Shown here: one piece after another, positions 47,077-55,953 of the stretch
How the letters are laid out: every line of letters begins with the position of its first letter
Numbering within the stretch: the stretch's first letter is position 1
Origin: an uncultured Actinomycetes bacterium
GTDB taxonomy: Bacteria > Actinomycetota > Thermoleophilia > UBA2241
Assembly (NCBI GenBank): GCA_963760655.1
Contig: CAVXDR010000005.1
Coordinates: 678,345 to 742,344, forward strand
Direction: 5' to 3'
DNA length: 64,000 nt
Notes under the pieces: generated by a model
What the model saw: only the letters and a program-made list of their open reading frames with translations
What the model was told of the DNA's origin: nothing
The model's database searches: none
Translations under genes and position numbers: made by a program

Positions 47077-47334
47077 CGCCTGTGACAAGTCCTCGCGCCG
47101 CGTCGCCCTTCGTCCGTCAGAAAAGCATCGGCGGGCGAGCGCCCGCCCTGAAGGGCGAGACGGCCCGGGGAGGCGCCGCTCAGGCGCGCAGGGAGGCGCT
47201 GCGAACGCTCGCCGGCGGTCGCGCCGGAGGTGACGCGGCAGAGGTCGTCGAGGTCGGGTGCCGAGCCCGCGCTCGCGGAGCGCGCAGAGGGGCAGCCGGG
47301 TCGGATGAGACGCCGCGAGCGCGCGGCGCGGCGT

Positions 47335-50247
47335 CTACTTGGCCGCCTGAAGCGCCTTGAGCGTCGCCGCGAGCGCCTTGACCTGCGCCCCGTAGCCCGA
47401 GAAGTCGCCGGCCTTGAGCGCCGCCTGCGCTGCCTGGAACTCGGCGTTGGCCTGCGCGATCAGGGTGCGCACGCGGCCCGTGACCGGTCCGCTCGGCGTG
47501 GTCGGCGTGGTGGGCGTGGTCGACGCCCCCGGCGAGCCGCTGCTGGCGGCGGCCGGCGCGGTGCCGAAGATCTCGGTGAGCGCGGCGGCGAGCGTCGACT
47601 GCATCGCCACGATCTGCTGCCCGCCGATCAGCGTCACGCCCGCCGACGTGCTCGCCCGGTAGAAGACGACCACGCGTTTGAGCTGAGGGACCGGCGTGAT
47701 GGTCGACTGCAGGTAGAGCGGCTCGACATAGAGCAGGGAGTCCTCGATCGGTATCACGAGCAGGTTGCCGATGATCACATGCGAGCCCTGCTGGTTCCAC
47801 AGCGTGAGCTGTTGCGAGACCGTCGGGTCCTGGTTCACGGCCGCCTCGACCTGGGTGGGGCCGTAGACCGTGGCGTTGCTCGGGAACGCGAAGCTCACGG
47901 CCCGGCCGTAGTCGGGCGCGTCGGACTGGGCGGCCAGCCAGCCGATCATGTTCGGTCTGCCGTTGGGCACGAACGGCAGGATCTGCACGAACTCGTCGCG
48001 AGTCTGCCCGGGCAGCCGCATGATCACGTAGTAGGGCTCCATCTGGCCGCTCGCGCCGCTCAGCGAGGTGCCGGTCGGGATGGCCCACTGGTTGTTCTTG
48101 CTGTAGAGCACGTCGGGCTGCGTGACGTGGTAGGTCGTGAACAGTTGTGACTGCACGTTGAAGAGGTCCTGCGGATAGCGCACATGGGCCAGCAGCACCT
48201 GGGGCATGCTCGAGCCCGGCGTGAACATGCCGGGGAAGATCTTCTCGTACGCCCGGATGATGGGGTCGGCGGGGTCGAAGACGTAGAACTTCATGGAGCC
48301 GTTGAAGGCGTCGATCACGACCTTGACCGAGTTGCGGATGTAGTTGATGCCGCCGTCGGGCTGGGAGTACGGGTAGCGGCCGGTGGTCGTATAGGCGTCG
48401 GCGATCCAGTAGAGCCGACCGTTGGCGATCACCATGTAGGGGTCCTGGTCGAGCGTCAGGAAGGGCGCCGCGGCATGCAGGCGCTGCACGATGTTGTTGC
48501 GCAGGATGATGCGGCTGCCGGGCTCGATCGCGTTGCTCGTGAAGAAACGGATCGTGCCGAAGCGCACCGAGAAGGCGAGGCGGTTGAAGAACGAGCTGAT
48601 CGGGATGCCGCCGCTGCCCGTGTAGTGATAGTTCGACGGCCCGTTCGGATAGTCGAACTCGGCCGTCTTGGTGTCGACCAGCGAGTAGTCGGTGCCGAGC
48701 AGACCGTAGTAGATGCGCGGCTGGGTGATGGTGAGGTCGGGCGCGCTCGAGGTGGGCGGCACGTCCTGCACGAGGAAGTCGGGTGAGCCGTCCGAGGCGA
48801 CCTGGTTGACCGCCGACACCACTGCCCCGAAGCCGTGCGTGTAGGTGGTGTGCTGGTTGACCCAGGTCTGCGACTGCGACGGCAGGCCGGCGATGTTCAG
48901 CTCGCGCGGCGCCAGCATGGTCTCGCGGTAGACGCCGTTCACGTCGTAGCGGTCGATGCTCACGGTGGTGAACCGGTAGTAGGGGCGCAGCTGCTGGAGC
49001 TGGCCGTAGCTCGTGAGCAGCGTGCTCTGGTCCCACAGGCGGATGTTGCCGATGGTGCCGCTGTTCGTGACGAGCTTCTGGGTGTTCAGGTCGCCTGTCA
49101 GCGGATACTGCGTCTGCGTGATCCGGTCGAGGCCGTAGGCGGCCCGGGTGGCGGCGATGTTGTAGGCGATGTAGGTGCTCTCCTTGGACTCCTGGTTCGG
49201 ACTCACGATGAGCGACTGCACGACCGCCGGGAAGATCACGCGGATCACGATGAGCGCGACGATCCAGCCGCCCAGGCCGTAGAGCGGCCAGCGCCAGCGC
49301 CGGCGCCAGAAGCCGTTTGCGATGAGCAGCGCCCCGAGCGCCCAGCCGATCACCATCATGACCCGCATGCCGGGCAGCCCGGCGTGGATGTCGGTGTAGC
49401 CGGCGCCCGCGACCACGCCACCGCTCGACAGCAGCAGGTCCCAGGCCTTGAAGATGTAGCCCGAGCCGGCCAGCGCGAGGATGATCCCGAGCAGCACCGA
49501 AAGGTGGGCGACCGACTGGCTGCGCGGCCGCACGACGAAGCCGACGGTGCTCTGTCCGGGACCGCGCACGAAGGGGCCGCGACCGAACGGGCCGCGGGGC
49601 GCCTCGGGCTGCTCGCCCGCCGACGCCGGCCGCTGCTGGGCGAGCACGAGGCCGCCGAGGGCGCCGTGGATGATCACGGCGACCACGAGGCTCGCGATCA
49701 GGGCCGCAAGCAGGAGCCCGTAGACGGCCTCCCAGGCCGGCAGCGTGAACACGTAGAAGCCGATGTCGTGGTGGAAGATCGGGTCGCGTGTACCGAACGA
49801 GACGCCGTTCACGGCGCGCTGGAACGTGAGCCAGTCGGCCGACGCGCCGGCGCCGACGATGATGGCGATGATCGCCGAGAGGATCAGACCGCCGCGGCGC
49901 AGCGCCTGCACCGTGCGCTCGTTCACGTACTCGACGACGTCGATCCCCTCGAAGGCGCGGTGGCGCGGCGACAGCCGGCGGGCGATCTCGACGTTGCCCC
50001 AGAAGATCGCGAAGAAGATGGCGCCGGCCGCGACGCCGACGATCAGCCGCGACCAGATCTCGCGCCAGAACACGACGCGCAGGCCAAGCTCGCCGAACCA
50101 GAGCCAGTCGGTGTAGGCCAGCAGGTAGACGGCGAAGAGGACGATCGCCAGGACGATCGCCGCGACGACGATGCCGATGAGACGGCCGCGGTGGTGACTC
50201 GCCGGCGAGCGCGGCTGCTTGGCCGGCATGTGGTAGACCTTGGCCAT
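47335..50247 (-). CDS. UPF0182-family membrane protein
   Basis: YTDWLWF, DPIFHHDIGFYVFTLP, GAGYTDIHA, NIRLWD, QLQQLRPYY, YTHGFG, PRIYYG, NYIRNSVKVVIDAFNG, HVRYPQDLF. Confidence 0.93.
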   Translation of the reverse strand: MAKVYHMPAKQPRSPASHHRGRLIGIVVAAIVLAIVLFAVYLLAYTDWLWFGELGLRVVFWREIWSRLIVGVAAGAIFFAIFWGNVEIARRLSPRHRAFEGIDVVEYVNERTVQALRRGGLILSAIIAIIVGAGASADWLTFQRAVNGVSFGTRDPIFHHDIGFYVFTLPAWEAVYGLLLAALIASLVVAVIIHGALGGLVLAQQRPASAGEQPEAPRGPFGRGPFVRGPGQSTVGFVVRPRSQSVAHLSVLLGIILALAGSGYIFKAWDLLLSSGGVVAGAGYTDIHAGLPGMRVMMVIGWALGALLIANGFWRRRWRWPLYGLGGWIVALIVIRVIFPAVVQSLIVSPNQESKESTYIAYNIAATRAAYGLDRITQTQYPLTGDLNTQKLVTNSGTIGNIRLWDQSTLLTSYGQLQQLRPYYRFTTVSIDRYDVNGVYRETMLAPRELNIAGLPSQSQTWVNQHTTYTHGFGAVVSAVNQVASDGSPDFLVQDVPPTSSAPDLTITQPRIYYGLLGTDYSLVDTKTAEFDYPNGPSNYHYTGSGGIPISSFFNRLAFSVRFGTIRFFTSNAIEPGSRIILRNNIVQRLHAAAPFLTLDQDPYMVIANGRLYWIADAYTTTGRYPYSQPDGGINYIRNSVKVVIDAFNGSMKFYVFDPADPIIRAYEKIFPGMFTPGSSMPQVLLAHVRYPQDLFNVQSQLFTTYHVTQPDVLYSKNNQWAIPTGTSLSGASGQMEPYYVIMRLPGQTRDEFVQILPFVPNGRPNMIGWLAAQSDAPDYGRAVSFAFPSNATVYGPTQVEAAVNQDPTVSQQLTLWNQQGSHVIIGNLLVIPIEDSLLYVEPLYLQSTITPVPQLKRVVVFYRASTSAGVTLIGGQQIVAMQSTLAAALTEIFGTAPAAASSGSPGASTTPTTPTTPSGPVTGRVRTLIAQANAEFQAAQAALKAGDFSGYGAQVKALAATLKALQAAK

Positions 50248-50346
50248 GGCGCCATTATCGCAGATTGCGGAGGCGCCGGGACCATTGCAACGCGCGACGA
50301 TCGACTGCGTCGTCGTCGCTCAGGCGAGCTTTACTTCGTGGAGCGC

Positions 50347-52431
50347 CTAGTCACCGGTGGGGGCGGTACCGCTCAGCGGGTCCCAGCGCCTGGCCTCCTC
50401 GCCGAGGAACGCGAGGAAGCGGTTGACCATGCGCGGGTCGAGGCGCCGGCCGGCCGCGGCGCGCAGCGCCGCGGCGCCGTCGGCGCCGCGCGCGAAGGCG
50501 CGCAGCACGGCGAGAGCGCGAGCGACGCGCGGGATGTGCTCGCCGCGCAGCCCCTCGGGGTAGCCCGAGCCGTCCCAGCGCTCGTTGCCGTACAGCAGGG
50601 CGTCGACCAGGTGGTCGACGGCCGGCGTCTCGCCGCCGCCCGAGAGCGGCACGGGGCCACCGTGCTGCTGCTCGTCGGCGGTCACGGTCTCGAAGGCCTG
50701 CAGGGCGCCGGCCAGAGCGTCGACCTCGTCCACCGAGAAGCCGAGCCGCGCGGCGAAGCGCCGGCCGAGGCCGGCGAGCGGCGACTCGCCCGGCTCCGGC
50801 ACGCCGTGGCCGTCGTCGCCCGACGTGAACACGCAGTTGCGGCCGCGCGCCTTGGCGCAGAGCAGGGCCGCGTCGGCCGCCCCGAGGATGCCGTCGGTGT
50901 CGGCCGCATGGCGCGGGAACGAGGCGATGCCGACGGAGACCGTGACCGACAGGCCGGGCTCGATCACCGACAGGTCGGCGACCTGGGCGCGGATGCGCTC
51001 GGCGACCCGGCGAGCCTCGTCGACGTCGGCGTGCGGCAGGATCATGGCGAACTCCTCGCCGCCGTAGCGGGCCGCGAAATCGGACTCGCGCGAGCAGCTG
51101 CGCAGCACCTCGGCGACGTCGCGCAGCACCTCGTCGCCGCGCTGGTGGCCGACCGAGTCGTTGACCGCCTTGAAACGGTCGAGGTCCATCATCAGCAGGC
51201 AGAACTCGGCACCGTAACGCTCGGCGCGCGCGACCTCGAGGCCGAGCGCCTCCTGAAAACGACGGTGGTTGTAGAGGCCGGTGAGGCCGTCGGTCGAGGC
51301 CTGGACCTCCATCTCCTTGTACGAGCGCGCGTTGCGGATGGCGATCGCCGCGAGGTTGGCGAAGAGCTGCACGTTCTCCATCTCGCGCTGCTCGAACGTG
51401 CGCCCGGCCAGCCGGTCGACGGCCAGCAGACCGATGACCGCGCCCATGAAGCGCAGCGGCACGAGCACCGAGGCCTGCGGCTCGAGGTCGGTGCCCGGCA
51501 CGAGCACGGCGCGCGGGTCGTGGATCATGTCGTTCACGAGCTGCGGCTCGTCGTGGCGCACGACCCAGCCGCCGACGCCCTCGTCGAGCGGCTGGCGAAA
51601 GCGCAGCATCTCGTTGGCCCACTTGTCCTGGGCGAAGATCGTGACGAGCTCGTTGGCACTTTCGTCGACGAGCGCGATGTCGATCGTGTCGTAGTCGACC
51701 AGCATCTTCAGGACGTCGGCGATCTGCACGAAGACGGCGTTGTGGTCGAGCGTCGACAGCAGGGCGCCCGACACGTCGAGCAGCTCGTGGCGTACCTTGA
51801 GCTGCTGCTCGAGCAGGTCGGTCGTGCGCTCGAGCTCCTCGTACTGACGAGCGCTCTCGACGGCGGCGGCGGCGAACGTGGCGAAGACCTCGAGCTCCTT
51901 GGCCTGGTCGAGCGTCGGCAGCCGGCCGTCGCCGGGGTCGCCCAGGTCGAGCACGCCGATCATGCGGTTGGCGCGGTCGCGCAGCGGCACGAAGAGCTTG
52001 TCGCCGCGCTGCCACGTGCCCGCGGGAGGCGGCGCCTCGCCGGACGCCGGCGGGGGCAGGGGGAACAGGCGGCGCTCCTCGACCGTGTACTCGTGGTCGT
52101 GATGGTCGATAAAGAAGGCGCAGCCGATCTGGTGCCTCTCGGTCAGGAACGGTGAGAACGCGCCGGCCGGCACGGGCGTGTCGAGGATCGCCTGGTCGCG
52201 GGCCTCGTCGCGGCCGACCACGGCGTGCGCGCGAAAGACGTCGCCCTCGGACTCGTTCAGGTAGACGGTGACCTCGTCGAAGCCGAAGGTGCGGGCCGCC
52301 CCGGTCGCGATGGCGCGCACCACGCCCGAGAGGTCGGGGCTCGAACGCAGCAGGTTGCCGAGCTGCACGAGGCTGGCGAGCAGTCCGTCCACACCGGGAT
52401 CGACCGGTCGTTCCTTGCTGAAGATGCCCAG
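50347..52431 (-). CDS. Diguanylate cyclase: GAF-GAF-GGDEF plus degenerate HD-GYP tail
   Basis: TDGLTGLYNHR, DLDRFKAVNDSVGHQRGD, RESD-FAARYGGEEF; tail ERWDGSGYPEGLRGEHIP. Start probably CTG 52431 (SD GGGGAG) or GTG 52392. Confidence 0.88.
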   Translation of the reverse strand: MGIFSKERPVDPGVDGLLASLVQLGNLLRSSPDLSGVVRAIATGAARTFGFDEVTVYLNESEGDVFRAHAVVGRDEARDQAILDTPVPAGAFSPFLTERHQIGCAFFIDHHDHEYTVEERRLFPLPPPASGEAPPPAGTWQRGDKLFVPLRDRANRMIGVLDLGDPGDGRLPTLDQAKELEVFATFAAAAVESARQYEELERTTDLLEQQLKVRHELLDVSGALLSTLDHNAVFVQIADVLKMLVDYDTIDIALVDESANELVTIFAQDKWANEMLRFRQPLDEGVGGWVVRHDEPQLVNDMIHDPRAVLVPGTDLEPQASVLVPLRFMGAVIGLLAVDRLAGRTFEQREMENVQLFANLAAIAIRNARSYKEMEVQASTDGLTGLYNHRRFQEALGLEVARAERYGAEFCLLMMDLDRFKAVNDSVGHQRGDEVLRDVAEVLRSCSRESDFAARYGGEEFAMILPHADVDEARRVAERIRAQVADLSVIEPGLSVTVSVGIASFPRHAADTDGILGAADAALLCAKARGRNCVFTSGDDGHGVPEPGESPLAGLGRRFAARLGFSVDEVDALAGALQAFETVTADEQQHGGPVPLSGGGETPAVDHLVDALLYGNERWDGSGYPEGLRGEHIPRVARALAVLRAFARGADGAAALRAAAGRRLDPRMVNRFLAFLGEEARRWDPLSGTAPTGD

Positions 52432-52573
52432 CGGTGACTCCCCCCTTGCCCGCGCGTCCCACCGTCGCGCACACTGCGAAGCCGTGCCCGTATAGTAACC
52501 CCAGACAGGAGGCCGCGCCGGGGTTCCGCGGGCCCGACGAGGCGGTATGCGTTGTCCGTGCTGTGGACGGTGG

Positions 52574-52613
52574 CGCGGCGGCGGGCCCGGCGCAGCCGGG
52601 CCCCGCCGCCGCG
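52574..52613 (-). terminator. GC-rich hairpin after kce
   Basis: cgcggcggcgggcccggc-gca-gccgggcc(c)cgccgccgcg. Confidence 0.55.
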
Positions 52614-52616
52614 GCC

Positions 52617-53444
52617 TCAGGCGTCGAAGGGCGGCAACTTGAGGATGCGGCGCGCCTCGTCGGGCGTGGCGCAGTCGCGATCCCACTCCCTGGCCACGCG
52701 CGCGACGCGCCCGACGAGCTCGGCGTTCTCCTTGGCGAGCACGCCCTTGTGCAGGAAGATGTTGTCCTCGAAGCCGAGCCGCACGTTGCCGCCCAGCGCG
52801 AGGGCGGTCATGGTCACCGGCATGTGCCAGCGGCCGATGCCGGTGCAGGTCCAGGTCGACGCGGCGGGCAGCCGGTCGACCAAAAAGGCGAGGTTGCGCG
52901 GCTCGCCGCTCATGGAGCCGGGCACGCCGAGCACGAAGTCCCAGTGGGTGAGCGGCCCGGCAGGGCCGTACTTCTTGACGAGCTTGAGCGCGTTGTCGAT
53001 CTGGCCCGCCTCGAAGATCTCGAACTCGGGCCGCACGCCCTTGGCCTGCATGCGCTGGTAGAACTCGCTCATCAGGGCGGTGTCGTTGAAGAACACGTCG
53101 TCGCCGAAGTTGGCGGTGCCGGTGGTCAGCGACGCCATCTCGGGACCGAGCTCGAGCGGCTGCAGACGTTCGTCGGCGGTCATGCCCATGGCGCCGCCGG
53201 TCGAGGTCTGGATGATGATGTCGGTGCGCTTGCGGATCTGCTCGATCGCCGCGGCGAAGACCTCTTTGGCCTGCGTCGGGTTGCCGGCCGCGTCGCGCAC
53301 GTGCAGGTGGAACATGGCCGCGCCCGCCTCGCGGCAGCGGGCAGCGTCGGCGCCGATCTCGGCGGCGCTGACGGGCAGCGCCGGCTGGGCCTCCTTCGTC
53401 GTCTCGGCGCCCACGCCGGCGACGGTGATGATCAGCTTCTCCAT
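52617..53444 (-). CDS. kce: 3-keto-5-aminohexanoate cleavage enzyme (BKACE/DUF849)
   Basis: KLIITVA..GAE (Glu14), HLHVRD metal motif, QTSTGG, GTANFG, PEFEIFE, FVLGVPG, GGNVRLGFEDN, ATPDEARRIL. Confidence 0.9.
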   Translation of the reverse strand: MEKLIITVAGVGAETTKEAQPALPVSAAEIGADAARCREAGAAMFHLHVRDAAGNPTQAKEVFAAAIEQIRKRTDIIIQTSTGGAMGMTADERLQPLELGPEMASLTTGTANFGDDVFFNDTALMSEFYQRMQAKGVRPEFEIFEAGQIDNALKLVKKYGPAGPLTHWDFVLGVPGSMSGEPRNLAFLVDRLPAASTWTCTGIGRWHMPVTMTALALGGNVRLGFEDNIFLHKGVLAKENAELVGRVARVAREWDRDCATPDEARRILKLPPFDA

Positions 53445-53456
53445 CGGACCCCCTTT

Positions 53457-54419
53457 TCAGGTCGTCGGTATACGCTGGGCGACGGCGCGCCGGGCGGCGC
53501 GGCAGGCGACCAGCAGCTCGTCGCGCAGCTCGGTGAGCTCGTCGTAGGTATGGCCACCCTTCTCCGCCGCCAGGCCGGAGGCGAGCACGTCGGCCGCGTC
53601 GGCCGGGAACTCGGTCCAGGTGGCCAGGTCGCGCAGCATGCCGGCCTTGCTCTCGGCCAGGTGCTCCAGGTGGCCGCGGATGCCCTGCTCGCCGCCGCCC
53701 AGGTCGTACAGCAGATGCGGCCCCATCGCCGCCCAGCGCAGGCCCGGGCCCTCGCGCACCGCGCGGTCCACGTCGGCGACCGTCGCCACGCCGTCGCGCA
53801 CCAGCGCGACGGCCTCGCGCCACAGCGCCGCCGAGAGCCGGTTGGCGATGTAGCCGGGCACGTCGCGGCGCAGCACGACCGGCTCCTTGCCGATCGCCGC
53901 GTAGAAGGCGCGCGCCCGGGCCAGCGCCTCGGGCGCGGTCAGGGCGCCCGGCGCGAGCTCGACGAGCGGTACCAGATGGGGCGGGTTGTACGGGTGCGCC
54001 GCAAGGCAGCGCTCGGGGCGCGCCGCCGCGGTCTGGATGGCGCCGATCGACAGGCCCGACGAGCTCGTGCAGAGAAGGCAGTCGGGCGGCGCCAGGCGGT
54101 CGGCCAGGGCGAAGACCGCGCGTTTTGCCGCGAGGTCTTCGCGCACGCACTCCTGCACCAGGGTCGCGCCGGCGAAGGCCGTCGCCGGGTCGGCCGTCGC
54201 CGAGAGCGCGGCGAGGCCGCGGTCGACCTCGTCGACCGCGGCGAGGCCGCGCTCCGCCAGAAACCGGGCTGCGCGCGCAGCTCGTTCGAGGGCGGCCGGC
54301 AGAGCATCGGGCCGTTCGTCGTGCAGGCGCGTCTCGAGGCCGGCGGCCGCGAACAGGCCGGCCCAGCTCGCGCCGGTCAGGCCGGCGCCCGCGCCCGCGA
54401 CCGCGACGATACCCTCCAT
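53457..54419 (-). CDS. 3-hydroxyacyl-CoA dehydrogenase family, carnitine-dehydrogenase/L-gulonate-3-dehydrogenase-like subgroup
   Basis: GAGLTGASWA, VQECVRE, TSSSGL, HPYNPPHLVPLVE, PGYIANRL, LWREA, GPGLRWAAMGP. ATG 54419. Confidence 0.85.
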   Translation of the reverse strand: MEGIVAVAGAGAGLTGASWAGLFAAAGLETRLHDERPDALPAALERAARAARFLAERGLAAVDEVDRGLAALSATADPATAFAGATLVQECVREDLAAKRAVFALADRLAPPDCLLCTSSSGLSIGAIQTAAARPERCLAAHPYNPPHLVPLVELAPGALTAPEALARARAFYAAIGKEPVVLRRDVPGYIANRLSAALWREAVALVRDGVATVADVDRAVREGPGLRWAAMGPHLLYDLGGGEQGIRGHLEHLAESKAGMLRDLATWTEFPADAADVLASGLAAEKGGHTYDELTELRDELLVACRAARRAVAQRIPTT

Positions 54420-54453
54420 CCCCACCTTTCCCTGCGTCTCCAGCGAGCGGCCG

Positions 54454-55725
54454 CTACCGCTGCCAGGGGTACGCCTCGGCCACGACGGCCAGCGACTCCT
54501 CGACCACGTCGAGGGCGCGCTGCAGGTCGGCCTCGGTGTGGCGGTAGCAGATGTACCAGTGGTGGTACGGCTGCACGAACAGGCCGCGGCGGATGCACTG
54601 CGTGTAGAACTCGGTACGGCGCTCCTTGTAGTGGTCGTCGACGTGGTCGAAGGTGAGGAACGGCATGGGCGGGATGCCGCTCCTGGTGACCGGCACGCCG
54701 GCGGCGTCGACGATCGTGCCGAGCCGGTCGAGGAACCGGGTGCCGCGCTCCCAGATCGCATCCTGCACCTTCTCGCGCTCGAGGATCTCGAGGCACTTCA
54801 TGCTGGCCGCCATCTCCAGGCTGTTGGGGAAGTACGTCGAGCTCAGGAACGCGTCCTTCACGTAGACGCTCATGATCTCGCGCTTGCCGACCAGGGCGGC
54901 GATCGAATAGCCGTTGGCCATCGCCTTGCCGACCGTGGTCAGGTCGGGCGTCACACCGTAGCGCTCGCTCGCGCCGCCCATCGACACGCGAAAGCCGGTG
55001 CGGATCTCGTCGAAGGTGACGACCGCACCGTTCTTGTGGCAGAGGTCGACGACCGCCTGCAGGTAGCCGGGCGGCGGCGCGATGACCGGCTTGGCCATCG
55101 GGTGGCCGACGGGGGTGATGATGACGCCGGCGACCGTGCCGGGGTTCTCGGCGAAGACGCGCTCGAGGTCGTCGAGCTTGCCGTACTCGAACTCCTTGGT
55201 CAGCTCCCAGACGGCCTGCGGCACGCCGCCGTGATGCTCGACGCACCAGTCACCCCAGCCGTGGTAACCGCAGCGCGCGATGATCTCGCGACCCGTGGCG
55301 GCGCGCATGGCACGCACGGCGGCGTTGGTCGCGTCGGAGCCGGTCTTCACGAGGATCGTCTGCTCGCCGCAGGGCATGATGTCGGCGAGGCGCTGCTCGA
55401 GCTCGTTCTGCAGGGGCTGCACCAGGCTGAAGCAGAAGCCCTTGTCCATCTGCGCCTTGGCGGCGTCGTTGATCTCGGGCTCGACGTAGCCGAGGATGAT
55501 CGGCCCGTAGGCGCACAGCATGTCGATGTACTCGTTGCCGTCGACGTCGAAGATGTGACCACCCGCGCCGTGCGTGATGAAGACCGGGTACTCGCCGATC
55601 ACGAAGTTGTAGGGCCGGCGGATACCGCCCACGCCGCCGGGGGTGAGGCGTTGCGCGTCGTCGAGCATCGCCATCGACTTGGCGAGGTTCAGCTTGGGCG
55701 CGCTCTGCGCGGATCGTGTGCTCAT
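54454..55725 (-). CDS. kat: Class III PLP aminotransferase, most like 3-aminobutyryl-CoA aminotransferase Kat
   Basis: PGGVGGIRRPYNFVIGEYP, DVDGNEYIDMLCAYGPIILGY, KTGSDA, RCGYHGW.DWCVE, FDEIRTGFR, GKAMANG, SSTYFPNS, QPYHHWY. From memory these match the Cloacimonas Kat and differ from HemL. Own -10 TAGAAT at 55758-55763. Confidence 0.72.
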   Translation of the reverse strand: MSTRSAQSAPKLNLAKSMAMLDDAQRLTPGGVGGIRRPYNFVIGEYPVFITHGAGGHIFDVDGNEYIDMLCAYGPIILGYVEPEINDAAKAQMDKGFCFSLVQPLQNELEQRLADIMPCGEQTILVKTGSDATNAAVRAMRAATGREIIARCGYHGWGDWCVEHHGGVPQAVWELTKEFEYGKLDDLERVFAENPGTVAGVIITPVGHPMAKPVIAPPPGYLQAVVDLCHKNGAVVTFDEIRTGFRVSMGGASERYGVTPDLTTVGKAMANGYSIAALVGKREIMSVYVKDAFLSSTYFPNSLEMAASMKCLEILEREKVQDAIWERGTRFLDRLGTIVDAAGVPVTRSGIPPMPFLTFDHVDDHYKERRTEFYTQCIRRGLFVQPYHHWYICYRHTEADLQRALDVVEESLAVVAEAYPWQR

Positions 55726-55862
55726 GCGTGACTCCTTTTCATGCGAAAGATGTGTCGATTCTATGCCTTCCGGGGCACCCCGCCGCGCGCCGGCCAGAGC
55801 CGCCGCGGCGCCCGGCCGGCGACCGCGCTGGACATCGCGGCGGCCCGCTCTAGCCCGGGTCG

Positions 55863-55890
55863 GACAGGCGGCGCTGCAGCGCCGCCTGTC
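55863..55890. terminator. Perfect 28-bp palindrome between the EamA block and kat
   Basis: gacaggcggcgctg|cagcgccgcctgtc. Confidence 0.5.
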
Positions 55891-55953
55891 GCAGCAGCAG
55901 GGCGGCGGCGCCGTGGCCGCCCGGCGCGGGCGGCGGCGCTGGGCGGCGGCGGC

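Noticed and set aside
47103-47158. Nested hairpin upstream of the ECF sigma gene as a riboswitch
   Set aside because: No known motif recognised. On the minus strand an inner stem is followed by a short T-run, so it is more simply a terminator for the UPF0182 gene.
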